A stretch of DNA of 64,000 nucleotides from Methylobacterium sp. EM32 (GTDB lineage: Bacteria > Pseudomonadota > Alphaproteobacteria > Rhizobiales > Beijerinckiaceae). The DNA lies in assembly GCF_040593685.1 (NCBI RefSeq), contig NZ_JBEXZS010000136.1:1-64000 (forward strand), in the 5' to 3' direction. The notes below the pieces were generated by a model, which worked only from the letters and a program-made list of their open reading frames with translations, searched no databases and was not told where the DNA came from. A program made the translations under genes and the position numbers. Below, piece after piece: positions 52,194 to 61,657 of this stretch (within the stretch, counting starts at the first letter, position 1; the number at the start of each line of letters is the position of its first letter).

Positions 52194-52206
52194 TGCTTTG
52201 CTGCGT

Positions 52207-52404
52207 CTACATGCTGCGTCCCACGAAAACTTGCTCGAGCGCGTGAATGATCGCGAGGCGCCGGTTCGGGAACTTGCCCTCACGCACCGCCGCGTCGATC
52301 GCCTGCTGCACCTGCGCCGGCACCCAGACATTCGTCTCCGTCTCCCCGGAGGCCTTGCGGGCCTCGCGGAGCTTCTTGACGCGCTGAGACGGGGTATCGG
52401 CCAT
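52207..52404 (-). CDS. Small ribbon-helix-helix (CopG/Arc/ParD-like) DNA-binding protein
   Basis: 65 aa. TNVWVPAQVQQAIDAAVREGKFPNRRLAIIHALEQ fits a beta-alpha-alpha RHH. It is preceded by a perfect palindrome and followed by a terminator. Confidence 0.5.
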   Translation of the reverse strand: MADTPSQRVKKLREARKASGETETNVWVPAQVQQAIDAAVREGKFPNRRLAIIHALEQVFVGRSM

Positions 52405-52414
52405 CGCTTGGGCT

Positions 52415-52440
52415 CCACGACTCGTAACGTTACGAGTCGT
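52415..52440. promoter_or_regulatory. 26-bp perfect palindrome cacgactcgtaac|gttacgagtcgtg with an extra half-site; putative RHH operator
   Basis: Read directly. It lies 10 bp upstream of the RHH start codon. Confidence 0.5.
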
Positions 52441-52851
52441 GTCACGACTCAGGCGGGCCGGGCAATGCGGAGTCGAGATTCGGCGGTGGATGTTAAATTC
52501 GATTCACAGACGAATCGGGCGCGGGGCCGCGACGGCTGCCGATTCGGGGTGATCTGGCTTCTCGGCACGGCTGCACCGACCGATTCGTGAAGAGTTCCAT
52601 GCGGGATTCGCGCGAATCGTCGGCAATAGCCTCGAATCGGCGGGATGCTCTTGCGCGCGGCGGGTTTCACCGGGGTCAAGGGGGCGGATGAGGGGGGCTG
52701 GCCCGGGCGGTTCCGCGCGAGGCCCGCCACGCGGCGCTTGATTCCGGGAGCGGGCCGCCGTCACCTGCGCCCCGCCACTCCAGCGCGAGAGGCGATCCCG
52801 CGCCGCCGGGATCATCGTCCCACGAAGACCAATCCATCGGGAGGAACCACC

Positions 52852-53160
52852 ATGATCCACGTCCTCGCCATCATCACCGCCAAGCCCGGCCAGCGGGAGA
52901 CGGTGCTGGAAGCCTTCCGGGCCAACGTGCCCGCCGTCCACGCCGAGGACGGCTGCATCGAGTACGGGGCGGCGATCGACACCGACGGGGCCGGGCCGAT
53001 CCAGGCGCCGCTCGGGCCGGACACCTTCGTGGTGGTCGAGAAATGGGCGAGCCTCGACGCACTCAAGGCGCATGCGGCCGCGCCCCACATGGCGGCCTAC
53101 GGTGCGAAGACGAAGGAGCTCATCGCCGCCCGCGTCATCCACGTGCTGTCGCCGGCCTGA
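52852..53160 (+). CDS. Antibiotic-biosynthesis-monooxygenase (ABM/Dabb) domain protein
   Basis: Start MIHVLAIITAKPGQRETVLEAFRANV with SD GGGAGG. 102 aa with a ferredoxin-like fold signature. Confidence 0.7.
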   Translation: MIHVLAIITAKPGQRETVLEAFRANVPAVHAEDGCIEYGAAIDTDGAGPIQAPLGPDTFVVVEKWASLDALKAHAAAPHMAAYGAKTKELIAARVIHVLSPA

Positions 53161-53176
53161 CCGAAGCCCGGTGCCC

Positions 53177-54082
53177 TCACCCTGAGGGCGCCCGGACCTT
53201 GACCCCGAGCATCGCCTCGAAGGGCAGCACCATCGCGCCCTTGTCGCGCCCGCCATGGCCGGCGCGCAGGGCCATCTGGTAGGTCGTGGTGGCCGCCGCC
53301 GTCACCGGCAGGGGGAAGCCGTGCCCGACCGCGACCGCGGCGGCGCTGACGAGGTCCTTGTAGGCCTTCGCCAGGGGATAGCCTTCGTCGAACTCGCCGC
53401 GCAGGATCCGCGGCACGAAGTATTGCGAGGCGTAGCTGCGGCTGGTCCCGGTCGTCACCACGCCCGCCAGCCGTTCGGGGTCGAGGCCCATCGCCACCGC
53501 CATCGGCAACACCTCGGCGAGCGCCGCGATGTTGATGTCGTAGATCACGTTGTTGATCGTCTTGGTGAGCTGGCCGCTGCCGAGCGGCCCCATATGGAGC
53601 ACCTGGGCGCCGATGCGGTCGAGCAGCGGCTTCATCGCCGCGAAGGTTTCCGGCGCGCCGCCGCACATCACCGTGAGCGTCCCGGCCTCGGCCCCGGCCG
53701 GCGCCCCGGAGACCGGCGCGTCGAGGACGGAAAAGCCCCGCGCCTCCAGCGCCCGGCCGAGGCTCACCGCCTGCCCGTGCGCGATGGTGCTGAGGTCGAT
53801 CACCGTCGCGGCCGGCGCGAGGCGGGGCACGAGCCCGTCGGGGCCGAACAGCACGCTCTCGACCACGTCGCCGTCGGGCAGGCACAGGACCAGCACGTCG
53901 GCGCCCGCGACCGCGCCCCGGTCGGTCGTGACGGCGACCCCGGGCTCCGCGAGGCCGGCGACGCGCGCCGGATCGGCATCGACCGCCACGATCGTCTCGG
54001 CCCCGTCGCCCTTGCGGGCGAGGTTGCGGACGATCGGCCAGCCCATCTGGCCGAGGCCCATCACGGCGATGCGGCGGCTCAT
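53177..54082 (-). CDS. NAD(P)-dependent 3-hydroxyisobutyrate/2-hydroxy-3-oxopropionate reductase-family dehydrogenase
   Basis: MSRRIAVMGLGQMGWPIVRNL (Rossmann GxGxxG), then the 6-PGDH-like C-terminal domain of the MmsB/GarR family. Confidence 0.85.
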   Translation of the reverse strand: MSRRIAVMGLGQMGWPIVRNLARKGDGAETIVAVDADPARVAGLAEPGVAVTTDRGAVAGADVLVLCLPDGDVVESVLFGPDGLVPRLAPAATVIDLSTIAHGQAVSLGRALEARGFSVLDAPVSGAPAGAEAGTLTVMCGGAPETFAAMKPLLDRIGAQVLHMGPLGSGQLTKTINNVIYDINIAALAEVLPMAVAMGLDPERLAGVVTTGTSRSYASQYFVPRILRGEFDEGYPLAKAYKDLVSAAAVAVGHGFPLPVTAAATTTYQMALRAGHGGRDKGAMVLPFEAMLGVKVRAPSG

Positions 54083-54614
54083 CGGATCGCTCCCTTATCG
54101 TCGGTAGAATCGATCCCGATCGCCTCCAGGAACCGCGACACCATGTTGTAGGCGCCGATCGTGGCGGTGAGCTCGACGATCGCCCGCGGGTCGAAATGCT
54201 CGCGCAACGCCGCGAAGACCGCGGGCGCGACGTGAATCTCTCTCGTCATCGCGTCGCAATAGGCCAGGACCGCCCGCTCGCGCGGAGAGAACACCTCCGC
54301 CCCCTGCCAGTCCGGCAGGGCGTCGAGCTGGGCCTGCGACACGCCCTCGCGGAGCGCGATCGGCACGTGCTGCTCGGCCTCGTAGCGGGCGCCGTTCAGG
54401 TGCGCGACCTGCACGATCACCAGTTCGCGCACGTCGCCGGGCAGGTCGCAACGCTGCCGGATCGCGGTCAGGAAGGCGAGCCAGCCCTCGGCGACCGGCG
54501 GGCTGTGCAGCAGCATCGCGTAGAGGTGCAGGATCTCGCCCCGCTCGGCGACGATCCGCTCGGCGAGCGGCGCCGTCTCGGGCCGGGTGGTGTCGGCATA
54601 GGGGATACGGGCCA
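54079..54614 (-). CDS. Carboxymuconolactone-decarboxylase (CMD/AhpD-like) family protein
   Basis: Start ATG 54614 (MARIPYADTT). AhpD-like core with the HLNGARYEAEQH region. 4-bp overlap with the dehydrogenase gene. Confidence 0.75.
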
Positions 54615-54761
54615 TTCTCGTCGTTTCCTCATGACGTCTCCGGCATCGGTACACCAGGAACCGCGCGCGGCGCAGGGGCGAACCGGGAATGGGGAACCTC
54701 CGCGGGGTTCGCGGTTCGATACGCGGGGCCGCCGGCCCGGAGGCTCGAGCGGGGGGACGCG

Positions 54762-56030
54762 ATGAACCAGGGACCGCCGAGCCTGCACCGGTCGCGCTGG
54801 CGGTTCTGCCTGTTCACCCTCCTCTATCTCTACCAGGGCGTCGTCGCCGGCTTCGGCCTCACGGCGCTCGCCAACCACTTCGCCGCGTCGGGCGCCTCCG
54901 CGGCGGAAGTCGGCCGCCACCTCGCGCTGGTCGGACTGCCCTGGGTGCTGCAGCCGCTCCTCTGGGGGCCGGTGATCGACCGCGGGACGCCCCACCGCAT
55001 GGGGCCGCGACGCGCCTGGCTGGTCCTCGCCCTCCTTGGGGCGCAAGCGAGCCTCGCCGGCCTGCTCCTCCTCGGCGCGCAAGCGGGCCTGACCGCGATC
55101 AGCCTCGTCCTCGCCCTGCACAGCCTCGCCGCGTCGCTCGCCGACACCACCACCGACCGCATGATCGCCGGCAGCGTGCCGACGGACGAGCTGGGGCGCA
55201 CCAGCGCGGCGACCCGAGCCGGCTTCGTGATCGGCAGCGCCGCCGGGAGCGCGGTCTTCGCCTGGATCCTGGCGGCGCACGGCTTTCCGGCGGCGGCGGG
55301 CGCGCTTCTCGGGCTGACGACGCCGCTCGCCCTCGCGGCCCTCCTCGTGCGCGAGAATCCGGGCGACGTGCTCCTCTGCCTGCGAGGTTTCGCCCCGCGG
55401 CAGCGGCGAGCCCCGGGGGGCCTTGCCTTCGCGAAAAAACTTCTTTCCGCGTTCCGGCGGCGCGACGCGGCGCTCCTGCTGGCGATGTGCTTCTCGATCG
55501 ATCTCGGGCTCGCGCTGTTCCAGGTGCCGTTCGCCGTCGCGCTGGTGCAGGTCCATGGCTGGGACGCGGAGGGTCTCTCGCGCCTGCAGGCGCTGCTCGC
55601 GCTCCTCGGCGGTACCCTCGGGGCGGCGGGAATCGGCGCCGCCGTCGACCGGATCGGGCCGGGGCGGGCCCTACGTCTCCTTCTCCTGGCCTGCGCCGCG
55701 GCGTTCGCAGCGGCGGGCGCGCTGATCGCGGCCGGGCTGGAGGCCGCGGCGGGCCCGGTCATCCTGGGCCTCGCCAGCGTGGTGCCGGCGCTCCTCTACG
55801 TCGCGCTGCAGCCGGCCGTGCTGCTGGCGAGCCGCGCCGGCGGCGCCTCGGCGACGCAGTTCCAGATCTACATGGCGGCGATGAATCTCGGCGACGTGAC
55901 CGGTGCGGCCCTCGCCGGCCCGCTGGCCGCGGTGCTCGCCTCGACGCTGGTCGCGTTCGGCGTCGCGGGCCTGTTCCTGGCCTGCGCGTACTGGGTGACG
56001 GATTGGCGGGCCGGCGCGGACGGCCGATAG
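54762..56030 (+). CDS. MFS-type transporter
   Basis: 422 aa, about 12 hydrophobic helices, Gly/Ala/Leu-rich. Confidence 0.8.
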   Translation: MNQGPPSLHRSRWRFCLFTLLYLYQGVVAGFGLTALANHFAASGASAAEVGRHLALVGLPWVLQPLLWGPVIDRGTPHRMGPRRAWLVLALLGAQASLAGLLLLGAQAGLTAISLVLALHSLAASLADTTTDRMIAGSVPTDELGRTSAATRAGFVIGSAAGSAVFAWILAAHGFPAAAGALLGLTTPLALAALLVRENPGDVLLCLRGFAPRQRRAPGGLAFAKKLLSAFRRRDAALLLAMCFSIDLGLALFQVPFAVALVQVHGWDAEGLSRLQALLALLGGTLGAAGIGAAVDRIGPGRALRLLLLACAAAFAAAGALIAAGLEAAAGPVILGLASVVPALLYVALQPAVLLASRAGGASATQFQIYMAAMNLGDVTGAALAGPLAAVLASTLVAFGVAGLFLACAYWVTDWRAGADGR

Positions 56031-56678
56031 GACAGATGCGAGTCGACCGGATGCCGACGCCAGCCAAATCCCGCAGCGGTCCCCGACCGCGCCGCGTCGA
56101 CAGGGCTGTCTCGAACGGGCAAGATGCGTGCCCCGCGATCGTCGCCGGGCGGCGGCGACCGCGACTCCGCGGAGGGCTTGAAGGGAGGCTTGCGCGCGTC
56201 GTCGAACGGAGCCGCCCGCCTCCGTCGCGAACCCGTCTCGAGGCACCGTCCGGATCTTGGATCGCCGCGGTGGAGACGCCATGCCGTCGATCCGGGGCAC
56301 CTCCTCCGTGCTGCTCTCCCTGGCCTGACCCGTTCTCCGGGTTCAGCGTTCGCCAAGCCAGCATCCCCGTGCTCGGGGAACTCGACTCGGGCGACCATGA
56401 TCATCTTCGGCAAGACAGAAAATCGCCATTTCGAAAATAGGCCGTCAAACTTTTGATTTCTTGCGAAAATTAATTATTTTGATTGATATAAATATTTTAC
56501 CTGAGTATGACGACAAAAATTCTTCGCCCTTCGAAGTTCAAAGATCGCTTGCGTCGTAAGATGCCAGAACGTGCCGGATCCCAGATACCTCCTCTGCGTC
56601 ATCTACCATCTTGATTTGCCGTCGATTAAGGGTAGATAGAGGGCTGCGGAACCTTTTATGCGCAGAGAAGAAATTTAG

Positions 56679-57509
56679 ATGGGCGACGTGTTCGAACTCG
56701 CTGAAGCAAACGGGCCTCGAATCCGTGCAGAATATGCCACGATCGTCCAACAGCTCGCTCCGGACACCAGTGCCGAAGATCTGTCATCCCGAGTGCGCAC
56801 CAGTGCTCAGATCGCCATCAACATGCGTCCGCACGTTGCAGCAGCATTTTTTCGAACAAATTATTATGGCAACATTTACGAGGTCGCCCACAGGACTAGC
56901 AAACTGAGCGGCCGCGACCCTGATCGGGAACTGCGCCGTGTGCTCGGCAAATTTTACGACAAGCGCATCGCGTTCGATCGAGCAATGAACTTGTCGACGA
57001 ACATCGTCTATGCCGCGCTGAATATGGGCGGATTAGGCTGTTATACTTATGGTCACATCTGCGTGGTGTTGTCGGGCCGCGCTATCAACAAGCCGGGCAT
57101 CGCCTATCTTCGCGCCGACAGCCTTTTGAATTACGTGGATGACACTGGGAAGGTAAACGAGGATCGTATTTCTTGTGATGTCTGCTTGAGTGATGCCGTC
57201 GCCCATCTTGTCTGCATCAAGCATGTTTCTGATCCTAAATTTGCAGATTCTCTGTCTTGGCCAGAAATGATCTGCAACGACAAGATCTATATAGAGGCTT
57301 TTCTCTTGAGTAGGCCGGTCGTTGAGGAAGTTTGCGAAATCAGGATAGCAAAACATAAATACGATGAATTCATGGATCTCGCGCTCTGCAGTAGTTATCG
57401 CTCACCGAACGGAGACGCCGAGCGCGCATTGTCGCAAGATTTTATTGATGTTATTCTGGCAGCAAAAGAGCGGGGTGTCAGAATCGTTGTCATCGAGGCT
57501 ATGTCATGA
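56679..57509 (+). CDS. Hypothetical protein, gene 1 of a low-GC three-gene cassette
   Basis: 276 aa. Low GC relative to its flanks and an AT-rich leader (56400-56680). No recognisable motif. The stop overlaps the next start as ATGA. Confidence 0.6.
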   Translation: MGDVFELAEANGPRIRAEYATIVQQLAPDTSAEDLSSRVRTSAQIAINMRPHVAAAFFRTNYYGNIYEVAHRTSKLSGRDPDRELRRVLGKFYDKRIAFDRAMNLSTNIVYAALNMGGLGCYTYGHICVVLSGRAINKPGIAYLRADSLLNYVDDTGKVNEDRISCDVCLSDAVAHLVCIKHVSDPKFADSLSWPEMICNDKIYIEAFLLSRPVVEEVCEIRIAKHKYDEFMDLALCSSYRSPNGDAERALSQDFIDVILAAKERGVRIVVIEAMS

Positions 57510-58117
57510 TGAAACTACAACATGTCTCAGAGGTGGACGGCTGGGCTATCGTGGTCGATAACGATAGATTTTTGCTCGTATCGCCACCTTATAAAATAGA
57601 AAATATCGATCAATTGGATAATGATCAAGTTTATAATATTATTAAATCGGGCAACTTCGTCACGGAAAATCTGATTTTTGATTCGTTTTCGCAATTGAAG
57701 AGCCATCTCGATGAGACGGTCAGGAAAAAAAGATCGCAATATGCCCCCCTTCTCGATGACAGATCCATCGCCGCGAAGGCGCTGGAGGCTGCATCCGAAG
57801 AAGATCTGTTGCGCTTCTTGAACAAAATCGACAACGATCTGATCAAACAATCATCCGCCGATCGGGCAGAAGGGCTGATAATTCAAATTATAAGTCTGAA
57901 CAGCGATTCGATCACCAAGGAGGTGCGATCACGGGCCGCCGGCCTGTTGACGGCCATCAAGAACGAACGCATGTCCGAGCCGGTCTCCGCGGTCAATCCC
58001 GTCGACATATCGAAAAAATACCCGCGTTCGACCGCGCGCTACGGCAAGGAAGCACTGCTCCTGTTGGCAGAGCGACTCTCGCAAAGGCGTAGCATCTTTG
58101 CTTTCGCGCCTTCTTAG
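57506..58117 (+). CDS. Hypothetical protein, gene 2 of the low-GC cassette
   Basis: 203 aa, acidic/helical, no recognisable motif. Translationally coupled to gene 1. Confidence 0.6.
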   Translation: MMKLQHVSEVDGWAIVVDNDRFLLVSPPYKIENIDQLDNDQVYNIIKSGNFVTENLIFDSFSQLKSHLDETVRKKRSQYAPLLDDRSIAAKALEAASEEDLLRFLNKIDNDLIKQSSADRAEGLIIQIISLNSDSITKEVRSRAAGLLTAIKNERMSEPVSAVNPVDISKKYPRSTARYGKEALLLLAERLSQRRSIFAFAPS

Positions 58118-58126
58118 GGGAATGAA

Positions 58127-59950
58127 GTGGAAACGATCACATTTTATTCCTATAAGGGCGGCGTCGGGCGAACCTTGGCACTTGCCAATGTCGGACATTA
58201 TCTCGCACTTCTTGGAAAGCGCGTTCTCGCACTTGACTTCGACCTGGAGGCACCAGGCCTTCATTATAAGCTGATTCCCGACCCGGCCGAGAGACGGAAA
58301 ATCACATCAGGCTTGATCGATTACATTGACGACCTCTTCAAAAATCGTCCCACCCAGCCACTGTCCGACATCGTCGTCGATATTCCGCTGTTGAAGGGCT
58401 CGGAAGGCCAGTTGCGCCTGATACCGGCCGGGAACGCACCGAGTCCGCCTTACTGGACGAAGCTCTCCGGATTCGATTGGCAGCAACTGCTCTACGGCGG
58501 GTCGGCCGAGGGCGCGCTGCTGTTCATTGAACTGAAGGAGCGCATCATCCGCGAACTGAATCCCGATTTCCTCTTGATCGACGCGAGGACCGGCATCACG
58601 GAGACGGGTGGAATTGCAACGACGCTGCTCGCCGACAAGATCGTATGCCTGCTCACATCGATGCCGGAGAATCTGGAAGGAGCCAGGTCGGTCCTTCGCG
58701 CGCTCCTGAACTCTCCGCGACCGCCGGGAATGGCGCGCGCCGAGATCTATCCGGTGCTCTCGCGGCTGTCGGCCGACGCCGCCATGGAAAAGAGAATCGT
58801 CGATCAGACATTGAATTTCTTGAACGAGCCGGCATTGGAGATGGAATATACATTATCATTTGACGATCTAATGATTCTCCATTCCGACGCCGAGTTGCTG
58901 CGCGGCGAGCGAATCCTGGTCGGAGGCGGCAACACGCCCGAAAAATCGCAACTCCTGCAGGATTATCTGGGTCTTTTCTCCAAAATAAGCTACGAGACGA
59001 TTCGAAGCAGTACGGCCCCGATCATCGATCGGGCGCTGAGAAATTTGATCGACTTCCCAGATCAATCCCAGAAAGAGATCGAGAATCTGGCCTATTCGTT
59101 TAATGCTCCGGAGGCTTTCAGAGAACTCGTAAAAGTCTACAGGCTGAGGAATGTGTCTGGGGAACAGATGCTGTCGGCCACCTACAGGCTCTGGCTCTTC
59201 CGGCAGGAATCCGACTTGCCGTTGCTCAACAGCTGCATCACCTCCAGCTTCAAGGAAATTTTTAAGTGGTCTCAAATCGGGCGCACCGTCAATCTCGATT
59301 TTATCGAGGATGTCTGGATGCGCGCCGACCTGCCCAACCCCAAGCTTGCGGTCGACCTTGCCAAAAGTTTCAACAATTTCGACGAGCAGGAGCGCGCGCT
59401 GAAGATTCTGCGCCGGGCGTTCGATACATCCAGCGCAAACGATAATGATAAAGTTTTTGTCCAACTTCTCGGTCAACTGACAATTCTTGAAAAATTCCAA
59501 GAAGGCAGGTCGATCGTCAACAGTAATTTGGATAGGGTGCTTTCTTCACCCCTCCTCTTGACTGCCTGGGCCAAACTCGAGCTGACGAAATCAGATGGCG
59601 ACCTGCCCGACGCACTGACAACGGAGCAGGCTCTGGCCCTGCTGGAAGAAGCGGGTGAAGTCGAGACGTTCGTTCGCTTGCTGAATCGGTCCGGCAGGGT
59701 CGCGGAAGCCCGCGCGCGCGCGGAAGCCCTGCTCATGAAGGCCGTCACGACCGGCGAAGGCGAGGCCATTTTCGTGAGCGGCAAGCTGCTCTCGGAGAAT
59801 GGCCGTGCATCCGAACTATCGATGATGCTGCGGCGCCGCTTCGACGAGGTGACGTCGCGGAGGATCGAGAACGCGATCTTCTCGGACGACGAACACATCA
59901 TGCCGTCCTCGTATGATTTGCGGGACCGAGATTCCATGCGATATCGCTGA
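58127..59950 (+). CDS. ParA/MinD-superfamily P-loop protein with deviant Walker A (KGGVGRT) fused to a ~380-aa alpha-helical TPR-like C-terminal domain
   Basis: GTG start with SD AGGGG. YSYKGGVGRTLALANVGHYLALLGKRVLALDFD is a deviant Walker A with Arg at the usual P-loop Lys position. LLIDARTG is Walker-B-like. The helical repeat tail has no known motif. Confidence 0.7.
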   Translation: METITFYSYKGGVGRTLALANVGHYLALLGKRVLALDFDLEAPGLHYKLIPDPAERRKITSGLIDYIDDLFKNRPTQPLSDIVVDIPLLKGSEGQLRLIPAGNAPSPPYWTKLSGFDWQQLLYGGSAEGALLFIELKERIIRELNPDFLLIDARTGITETGGIATTLLADKIVCLLTSMPENLEGARSVLRALLNSPRPPGMARAEIYPVLSRLSADAAMEKRIVDQTLNFLNEPALEMEYTLSFDDLMILHSDAELLRGERILVGGGNTPEKSQLLQDYLGLFSKISYETIRSSTAPIIDRALRNLIDFPDQSQKEIENLAYSFNAPEAFRELVKVYRLRNVSGEQMLSATYRLWLFRQESDLPLLNSCITSSFKEIFKWSQIGRTVNLDFIEDVWMRADLPNPKLAVDLAKSFNNFDEQERALKILRRAFDTSSANDNDKVFVQLLGQLTILEKFQEGRSIVNSNLDRVLSSPLLLTAWAKLELTKSDGDLPDALTTEQALALLEEAGEVETFVRLLNRSGRVAEARARAEALLMKAVTTGEGEAIFVSGKLLSENGRASELSMMLRRRFDEVTSRRIENAIFSDDEHIMPSSYDLRDRDSMRYR

Positions 59951-60349
59951 ATCCGGGCTCCCTGCCGCGGGGGCGGCCCTCTGGTGTCTCCCGTCCCGAC
60001 GGCGATCGTCGGAATTGTCCTGTCGCAACGAGATGCAGCGGAAGCCGGGAAGGGTGTGACAATCCTCCCGCCCATCAGTAGCCCGCTGCGGTTGCCGGAC
60101 GGTCCACGCTCGACCTGGCGCCGAGCCGGGCCCGACATCTCGAGTTCGTGCTCGTCCGGCCGGGCGAATTCATGCCCGCGACGCGGCCCGCTCGCGAAAC
60201 CCACCTGCGGCAGCCGAGCACGACGCCCCCAGATGCTCCCGCCCTAGCGATGAGGCCGCGACCTGCGGCGTGGTCCCATCGTCGCGCTTGACGATCACCA
60301 TCAAAAGCCCCCTTCTGCCCCGATAAGATCGATCGACCGGGAGGAGACC

Positions 60350-61558
60350 ATGATGCCCATGAAGCGGTTGCTCGTGTCCGCCGGCTGCCTCGTGCTGTCG
60401 GCGCTGCCCGCCCTGGCTCAGACCAAGGTCAAGATCGGCGTCCTGAACGACATGTCGGGCGTCTACTCGGATATCGGCGGCAAGGGCTCGGTCGTCGCGG
60501 CGCAGCTGGCGGCGGAGGACTTCGCGGCGATCAGCAAGGACGTCACCGTCGAGATCGTCTCGGCCGATCACCAGAACAAGCCGGATATCGGCGCCGGCGT
60601 CGCCCGGCAATGGTACGACCGCGACGGCGTCGACGCCATCTTCGACGTGCCGACCTCGTCGGTCGCCCTCGCGGTGAGCCAGGTCACGCGCGAGAAGAAC
60701 AAGATCTTCATCGATTCGGGCGCCGGCACCACCGACCTGACCGGGTCGCAATGCTCGCCCAACACCATCCACTGGACCTACGACACCTACGCGCTGGCGA
60801 ACGGCACCGGCGGCGCCATGGTCAAGCGCGGCGGCGATACCTGGTTCTTCCTGACGGCGGATTATGCCTTCGGCCAGTCGCTCCAGAGCGAGACCGCCGC
60901 CGTCGTCACCCGCAGCGGCGGCAAGGTCCTCGGCTCGGCCAAGGTGCCGTTCCCGGCGAGCGACTTCTCGTCCTTCCTGATCCAGGCGCAAGGATCCGGC
61001 GCCAAGGTGATCGGGCTGGCCAATGCCGGCGGCGACACGATCAACGCTGTCAAGCAGGCGCACGAATTCGGCATCACCGAGGGCGGGCAGAAGCTCGCGG
61101 CATTGCTGTTCTACGCGCAGGACGCCAAGGCGCTCGGCCTCGAGACCGCCAAGGGGCTGGTGCTGACGGAGGCCTTCTACTGGGACCTGAACGACGGGAC
61201 CCGGGCCTTCTCGGAGCGCTTCGCCAAGCGGGCGAACGGCAACATGCCGAGCATGAACCAAGCCGGCGTCTATGGCGGGCTGATGCACTACCTGAAGGCG
61301 GTCGCGGCGACGAAGTCGAAGGACGCGAAGGTCGTGATGGAGTGGATGAAGGCCAACCCGACCGACGATCCGCTGTTCGGCAAGGGGCTGGTCCGGGCCG
61401 ACGGCCGCACGATCCACGACATGTACCTGTTCGAGGTCAAGAAGCCGTCCGAATCGAAGGGCCCGTGGGACGTCTACAACAAGCTCGCGACGATCCCCGG
61501 CGAGCAGGCCTTCAAGCCGATGAACCAGGGCGGCTGCCCGCTGGTGGGCAAGAGCTGA
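60350..61558 (+). CDS. Branched-chain amino acid ABC transporter substrate-binding protein (LivK/LivJ family, type I PBP)
   Basis: Signal peptide MMPMKRLLVSAGCLVLSALPALAQ, then KIGVLNDMSGVYSDIGG, typical of Leu/Ile/Val-binding proteins. This is an orphan SBP with no adjacent permease. Confidence 0.85.
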   Translation: MMPMKRLLVSAGCLVLSALPALAQTKVKIGVLNDMSGVYSDIGGKGSVVAAQLAAEDFAAISKDVTVEIVSADHQNKPDIGAGVARQWYDRDGVDAIFDVPTSSVALAVSQVTREKNKIFIDSGAGTTDLTGSQCSPNTIHWTYDTYALANGTGGAMVKRGGDTWFFLTADYAFGQSLQSETAAVVTRSGGKVLGSAKVPFPASDFSSFLIQAQGSGAKVIGLANAGGDTINAVKQAHEFGITEGGQKLAALLFYAQDAKALGLETAKGLVLTEAFYWDLNDGTRAFSERFAKRANGNMPSMNQAGVYGGLMHYLKAVAATKSKDAKVVMEWMKANPTDDPLFGKGLVRADGRTIHDMYLFEVKKPSESKGPWDVYNKLATIPGEQAFKPMNQGGCPLVGKS

Positions 61559-61590
61559 CCGCGGGCCGGTCGGCGAAAGGCGAGAGCGCG

Positions 61591-61617
61591 ACCGGGCGGG
61601 TCTTTCGCCCGGTCGCG
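61591..61617. terminator. GC-rich hairpin between the convergent LivK-like and GT genes (no U-tract)
   Basis: cgaccgggcg-ggtcttt-cgcccggtcg is a 10-bp perfect stem. It lacks a T-run, so it is only a putative terminator. Confidence 0.35.
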
Positions 61618-61657
61618 GCCGGTCCGCCACCCTCGGGGGCCGGGCGGCGACGGAGGC

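Noticed and set aside
54468-55556. 362-aa minus-strand ORF, and 54830-55762, 55671-56300 and 55759-56364 overlapping the MFS transporter gene
   Set aside because: They are antisense to a hydrophobicity-patterned MFS gene and translate to Arg/Pro/Ala-rich strings with no TM or motif content.
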